A stretch of 63,027 bases of DNA, counting the filler, from Craspedostauros australis (taxonomy: Eukaryota): the NCBI GenBank assembly GCA_030167865.1. It is 10 parts of 10 records of this genome, joined end to end, with 100 filler letters (N's around TTAATTAATTAA, not from the genome) between each part and the next. Parts side by side here need not be neighbours in the genome. Positions count along the whole stretch, not along the records: positions 57,728 to 61,702 come from JALAGF010003552.1; positions 61,803 to 63,027 come from JALAGF010003555.1; 8 more parts are not named here. One strand, given 5' to 3'. Both the position numbers and the translations under genes were made by a program. Below the pieces are notes generated by a model. It did no database searches. It had not been told where the DNA came from and saw only the letters and a list, made by a program, of their open reading frames with translations. This document shows, piece by piece, positions 57,628 through 63,027 of this stretch (positions are counted from its first letter, which is position 1; each line of letters begins with the position of its first letter).

Positions 57628-60600
57628 NNNNNNNNNNNNNNNNNNNNNNNNNNNNNNNNNNNNNNNNNNNNTTAATTAATTAANNNNNNNNNNNNNNNNN
57701 NNNNNNNNNNNNNNNNNNNNNNNNNNNTTACGGGTTGTCATCGGTGCTCCTGTGGTTCCATCTCAATTGGTCTTGCCTCCAACCTCTCGCGGTCTCGATT
57801 TGGCATGTTCCGCTTTGCCGTCAGCGACAACTATCCCCTCTATCTTGTGTTGCTGTCGCTTGCATTCACCCGTCTCTTGGTGTAACTTGTCCGGCCATGA
57901 GATTGATTCTCCTCTCGCATGATTCTGCTAACATGTTGGTGCAGTCGTCATGGTCGCTGGCAGTGTGCGACCTACATGATACGGCGTCATGGAGAAAGAG
58001 AAAGGGAGAGAGCGAGAACGAGATGACAACAACAACGGCGACGGTGACGACGATGGTCTGATGTGCGACAATACGAGTAGTGCTCGTATGTCCTCGATGG
58101 AACTGCCCTCGTCTGACAAACAGGAAAGGCAGACCATCGGTGTCGCGATCTCTCCCACATAGGGTGCAGTCATGAACCATCCATCCCTGCCATGCGTGCT
58201 TCCGTGTCTACGTGCGTATGTGGGCATACGGATGGACAGATTGGTGAACAGATGGCAGAGCCGTTTTGCATCTCATGAACCGAGGCCACCTGCATCGAAT
58301 GTCGTACAAGAACAACAGCGAAAGCAAAAGAGCAGAGTACCAATAGCAGGGAGGCCAGATGAAATCGGATCTGGTGCAGGGAGTGACGGAAGAATGGATA
58401 GAACATGAGTACTCGTAGCCAGTAGAGCGCCACGATTATGTACGAGTACGAGCTATGCCGGAGCCGGGTGGGGTGTGTGTTCTATGCCACGTCTGCGGAT
58501 GTCCGGCGGCTTCAGGCCATCCTTCTCGGATCAGTCTCGGTGAGGACAATGTCCTCTATCATTCATGTTACTCCATCCAGGTGTCGCCCAACCATCCGAT
58601 CAGATAGCCACTCCAAGCAGCGAATTCTCCAAACACCCAGAGACCACCGTATCCAATCTAATCTAATCTATTCCAACAGATGCAGCTCAACGCAGCTGGA
58701 TCTGACTCAATCCAACCCAAGAGACACACCGCTACTTCCATTCCAAAGTATGGTAGGGTCCAAACACATGTCTGAGGTGGTCATGGGTCTTCGTCTCTGT
58801 GACCACCGACACTTATCATCCCAATCGCTACCATCAGCGCGAATGCCTGTGTTGTTGCCGCCACCATTGGTAGCTGATTGTCAATCCGATCTTCGCTCGG
58901 GTGCCTGGCAGAGCAACATTCATTTGTCACCTTCGCTCTGTTCTCACTCGTGATAGTCGTCCTCGCCACACCCGAATGTTGTATCCAGAACCCCCCGACG
59001 CTCCCGAAGCCCTCTCGGAAACGAAAACGTCACAAAACGAAACATCAACAGTGATGGCAACGGCGGTGAGAGGGCAACGCTTCTTCCTTTCTTCGCGTCT
59101 TCACTTCTTCACTTCTTCACTTCTTTCACTTCTTCCCTTCTGCTCCTCGTCACTCACTCATCAGAACCAAACAACAATGAACATCGTCACAACGCAGACA
59201 TCTGGACAACCGGAAACGAAACATCGGCAAGCGTGATGCAAGACGCCAGATGGCAGGTCTTGGGCAGAGCATGTTCACCGGCTCTCAGCATCTCATGTGC
59301 TATCAATGTTGCAGGCTTTCCGCCATCGGATAGTGTTGAACGTCGGCAGATGGCAACGGAAGCAGCATCTTCGAACAATGAACATCTGCGCCACATCAGA
59401 GCAGCAGATCATCAAACCATCTCGGTCTCCGATCGTTTCACGAATGCATTCAGTTTCCATTGTGTTTGATGCCACAGAACTCAGTACATTACGAAAGGCC
59501 ACGATGTGCTGATCCCCCGTGTGATTGAATTGGATTGATGTGTGTTGTGTAGTGTAGTATGTTGCTGTCTCTCAAGAGATTTGGAGCTCGATGAGCTACT
59601 TTGCTTGGCTGTACTGGTACCATCCTGCTAATTGCAGCATAGTAGTGTGCCTCTACTCTACTCTACTTTGCTCTCCTTGTACCATGTTGTGTTGTGTTGA
59701 ACTGCATTGCATGACATTGCATTGTGTCGTGTCACCCTACATCGTATTCGTAATGTGTGTGGCGCCGCGTCATGTGGTGTCACATTTGTCGAATAGAATC
59801 AGGCTTCGGATCGCTTGTTTCGCCTTTGTGGTGTGTGTTGTTACTGTAGTCGATGACGCGTTTGCATGTTCTCTACTGCAACAGGAACAGCTGGAAGATG
59901 TCGCATCTGCATCAGAAGTTCAAGTAGCCAGCAACAACGCTTAACAATCCATCATTGGACTGCGTGTCTGTTACCCGAGGTTTGTTCGACGTTGTAGGGT
60001 TTTGTCTGTTTTCTGGTTTGGATGTTGTGTTGGTTGTGTTTTCATTGTGTGTTTGTGGTTGCGGTTACGGATCAAGTGACAGGCGTGTCCGCGGGATGGC
60101 GAGGGCGATAACATCTGTGCTGTCCGAGTATTTATGCGCGTTTCTGGTTGTTGTCGCCGATTGCATCCGCGGAGAGTACATCTGTGCGTGGCATTTGTTC
60201 CTCTCCCATCTTCCTTCCTTCCTTCCTTCCTTTCCGTAGGTCTGGTCTGGTTTGGTTGGCGCTGTTGCCTTGTTTTGCTCGTCAGTTTGCTGCCTGTTGT
60301 GCCTCGGTTTGTCTCCTCCCTTGCATGATGAGATTGTGGAGCACAATTGCGCAGTCTGCAGCGGTTCGACTATTTGGGAGAGTACTTGCTACTACGTGTA
60401 CTTCTGTACTACGATGCTCACACTCCACGCTGCGGAAAGAAGCGGAAGAAAAAAATGCACACAAGCAACACGCACTCGCACACACGAAAAGGCGAGAGAG
60501 TCCGCGTCAGCAACCTCAATGGTCACAAACAAACGACGACGAACATCCGAAAGTGAAAAACTCACAAACGACAACGACAGCAAGCAATCAATCAAAGAAG

Positions 60601-61416
60601 AACAAGCAATCAAACAACTGCAGCCAGACCAACAACCTGGCAAGCAAGAGATCAAGGAGACCAACAATACGCAAGCAAGCAAGCAAACACACACACAAAC
60701 ACGAGGGCAGCAAGGTAAGCAGCAACACCACCATGGCGCCATGATCGCATGAGATTCGAAGAGGAGGCGCTAACGACAGAACGGAAAGAAGAGAAGGCAC
60801 AGAACACAAAGCAACAACCAAGCAGAGAGGCAAACCAAACCAAGATGACGAAAACACTGGCACAGATGAGAAGACCAACACTGCTATCGCGCCAATCGAG
60901 TGCATTCAGCAACGAGACGAAAACCAACGAGAGGCGCAACATCATCGAAATGACGGCGCGGAGTCAATGGAGAGAAACTGCGTATTGCAACCACGATCTT
61001 CACGAGTTGGGCAGTCGCCAAAGACCACAACGACAGAGCCAAAGAAGCAAAGGGATAAAGCGACAAATTCAACGACGCGCAATCTGTTTCTGACATTTTG
61101 GACGGTACCGAAACATCGCCATCTGCGACAGCAACGACAACAACACAAAAACAAGTACTCCACCATCTAATCGCACGCGAAAGAAGGGAACGTCCGCTGC
61201 CAAGAACAGATCTGGTCGTTGTGTTCCATCCTGCCTCTCTGCTTATTCGCATCCTGGTCGATGTCAATTCGCAATACACATCTCGCCGTCGCGCCCACAC
61301 GTACGGTATACAATCACTCCCACTCACTCGCTCACTCACTCCCGTCTATGCCCACGTCCGTATCCACACCCATCAACAGGCCACAACAACACCCATAACG
61401 ACTCATACCAACCAAC

Positions 61417-61702
61417 ATGAACTTCTCTTCTCCTCACGTTCAACACTATCAGCATCAGCATCAGCACCGGCATCAGCAGCATGCCACCACTTCCTACGAT
61501 CACGGTCACCCACAACAAGGTCATGGATACGAGCAGCTGAGATCCGAAGTAGCAGACATGGACATGCCATCCTTGCCGCATTCATCCATTCTGTCTTCGT
61601 TCTCCCAACCATTGCTCGCAACCGCGGAAGACGGGTTCGATGCTTTGGCCAGAACAACGAGCACCAGCTCGAACCCGAACTCCAATGCCAACGCAGGTCC
61701 AA
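61417..61702 (+). CDS. Probable 5' end of a gene (His/Gln-rich low-complexity N-terminus), truncated by the contig end
   Basis: ATG in a CCAACATG context after a CA-rich leader; frame open to the contig edge. Confidence 0.5.
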
Positions 61703-61802
61703 NNNNNNNNNNNNNNNNNNNNNNNNNNNNNNNNNNNNNNNNNNNNTTAATTAATTAANNNNNNNNNNNNNNNNNNNNNNNNNNNNNNNNNNNNNNNNNN
61801 NN

Positions 61803-62526
61803 GTGTTGTTGATAGTCGCTCGTTTGTTATTTCATTATGTTGGCACTCCAATCCTCTTGGTGTCTCTGTTGTCTTTGCCCGATGCTCTCAGCACGTTTGT
61901 CTATCTCGTAGATTGGGTCGTCCGACTATGAGTCGGTACATGAGATGCTCTCTCGCTGCTCTTCGTATTCTCTCTCTCTCTTTCTCAATATCGTGTACTC
62001 GTGCTACACAATGCTTCGCGTTCGATACGTACTCCGCATTCAACACTTTGTTCGTTCACTACTGGTTCCTACTCCATGAGTACTTACCATTTGAACTTCA
62101 CCTCTTGTATCCATGATCTTGATGCTCTTCGGTCATCTGATCTTTACCTTCTGCTTCTGACATGGAGACAGATGTCGATGTGGTGACACGGTGGCATCCT
62201 GTCTACGTCAGCTGTCGTCCTTCTGCTCTCCAGATGTCACGTTCCGTCGATGATGTGATGGTCTCTCAGATGATATCGTCATCTGAGGTTTAGTTGGGAG
62301 GTACATCGAGATTCTCTTGGTACCATTGATGGATGGACGGACGATGTTTCCAATTCTCTCAGAAATCGTTGATTCCAAATTTCCTCCAGAAATTCTGCTC
62401 ATTTTCGTGTTCCATTTCCGCTGTGATTCTGACAACTCACATCATACTATTGACACGAATGTAGTTGTACCGTCCGTACATGAATACACGTACATTTCGA
62501 CATATACTCACATGTACATCTCGACA
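61803..62526 (-). mobile_element. 3' LTR (family A, partial) of a minus-strand copia element; PPT AGGAAGGG at 62527-62534
   Basis: Matches LTR-A, ends TCGACA on the + strand, and abuts CCCTTCCT just downstream of the RNase H stop. Confidence 0.87.
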
Positions 62527-62546
62527 CCCTTCCTGTGTGCATTCGG

Positions 62547-63027
62547 TCATTCGAATGTTCTTGATGTGTCAAGGCACGACTTCTCATGCTCTCGTTGCAA
62601 GTCATCCTTGATGTTCTTGGTGAATCCGTCGCTTATGTTCTGCTCGGATTTGACGAAAATGATTTCGATGGTTTTGTTGATTACCATGTTCCTCACGTAG
62701 TGATGGCGCACGTCGATGTGCCGCGATCGTTGGGATGTTGATGGGTTCTTGGCGATGAAGATCGCTCCAATGTTTTCCACGCAGACTTTGATCGGTGTCT
62801 TCACTGGGACGCCCACACTCTCGAGTAGCTGTACGACGAAGAAGATCTCTTTTGCCGCTTCGGAAAGGGGAACGTATTCTGCTTCGGATGAGCTGAGTGT
62901 GACGGCCTTCTGTGCCTTGGATCGCCAAAGAATTAGCACCTTGCACAGGTATAGGATGAACCCTTCTACGCTGATTCTCGTGTTCTTGTCTCCTGCATAT
63001 TCGCTATCGCAGAAGAGCTCCATGTCC
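62547..63027 (-). mobile_element. Ty1/copia RNase H, C-terminal end of pol (partial)
   Basis: FCDSEYAGD..WRSKAQKAVTLSSSEAEY..ENIGAIFIA..RSRHIDVRHHYVR..SEQNISDGFTKN. Confidence 0.93.

Noticed and set aside
29236..61802. Nine regularly recurring TTAATTAATTAA palindromes (CRISPR-like repeats or piggyBac TTAA sites)
   Set aside because: Each is embedded in exactly 44+44 Ns, so they are artificial contig-joining linkers. Neighbouring contigs are therefore not evidence of tandem duplication or clustering.

Overview
Eukaryotic DNA, most likely a pennate diatom: GT-AG introns, receptor-type guanylate cyclase/phosphodiesterase fusions, diatom-type copia elements and RxL-propeptide surface proteins. 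The window is not one locus. It is 10 separate contigs joined by artificial 100-nt linkers (N44-TTAATTAATTAA-N44), so gene order only means something within a contig. Contig 1 (1-29235) holds a signalling cluster (two GC/PDE fusions, a hybrid histidine kinase, an AspH-like hydroxylase), an ankyrin/coiled-coil/BTB gene and the most striking feature. That feature is a 5.2-kb piggyBac-like DNA transposon (20328-25509) with ATAT target duplications and asymmetric internal repeats. Its reconstructed ~1380-aa transposase carries a YqaJ/lambda-exonuclease (PD-(D/E)xK) domain inserted between the 2nd and 3rd catalytic Asp. Other contigs contain decayed and nested Ty1/copia elements and LTRs, a Cys-rich mucin-like protein, and two near-identical SLC1/DAACS transporter alleles. 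Two apparent alleles of a GPI-anchored Cys-rich surface protein have identical flanks but hyper-divergent internal blocks. Repeats show both CpG>TpG and an unusual TpA>TpG/CpA mutation signature. All domain calls are by motif recognition, not database searches.
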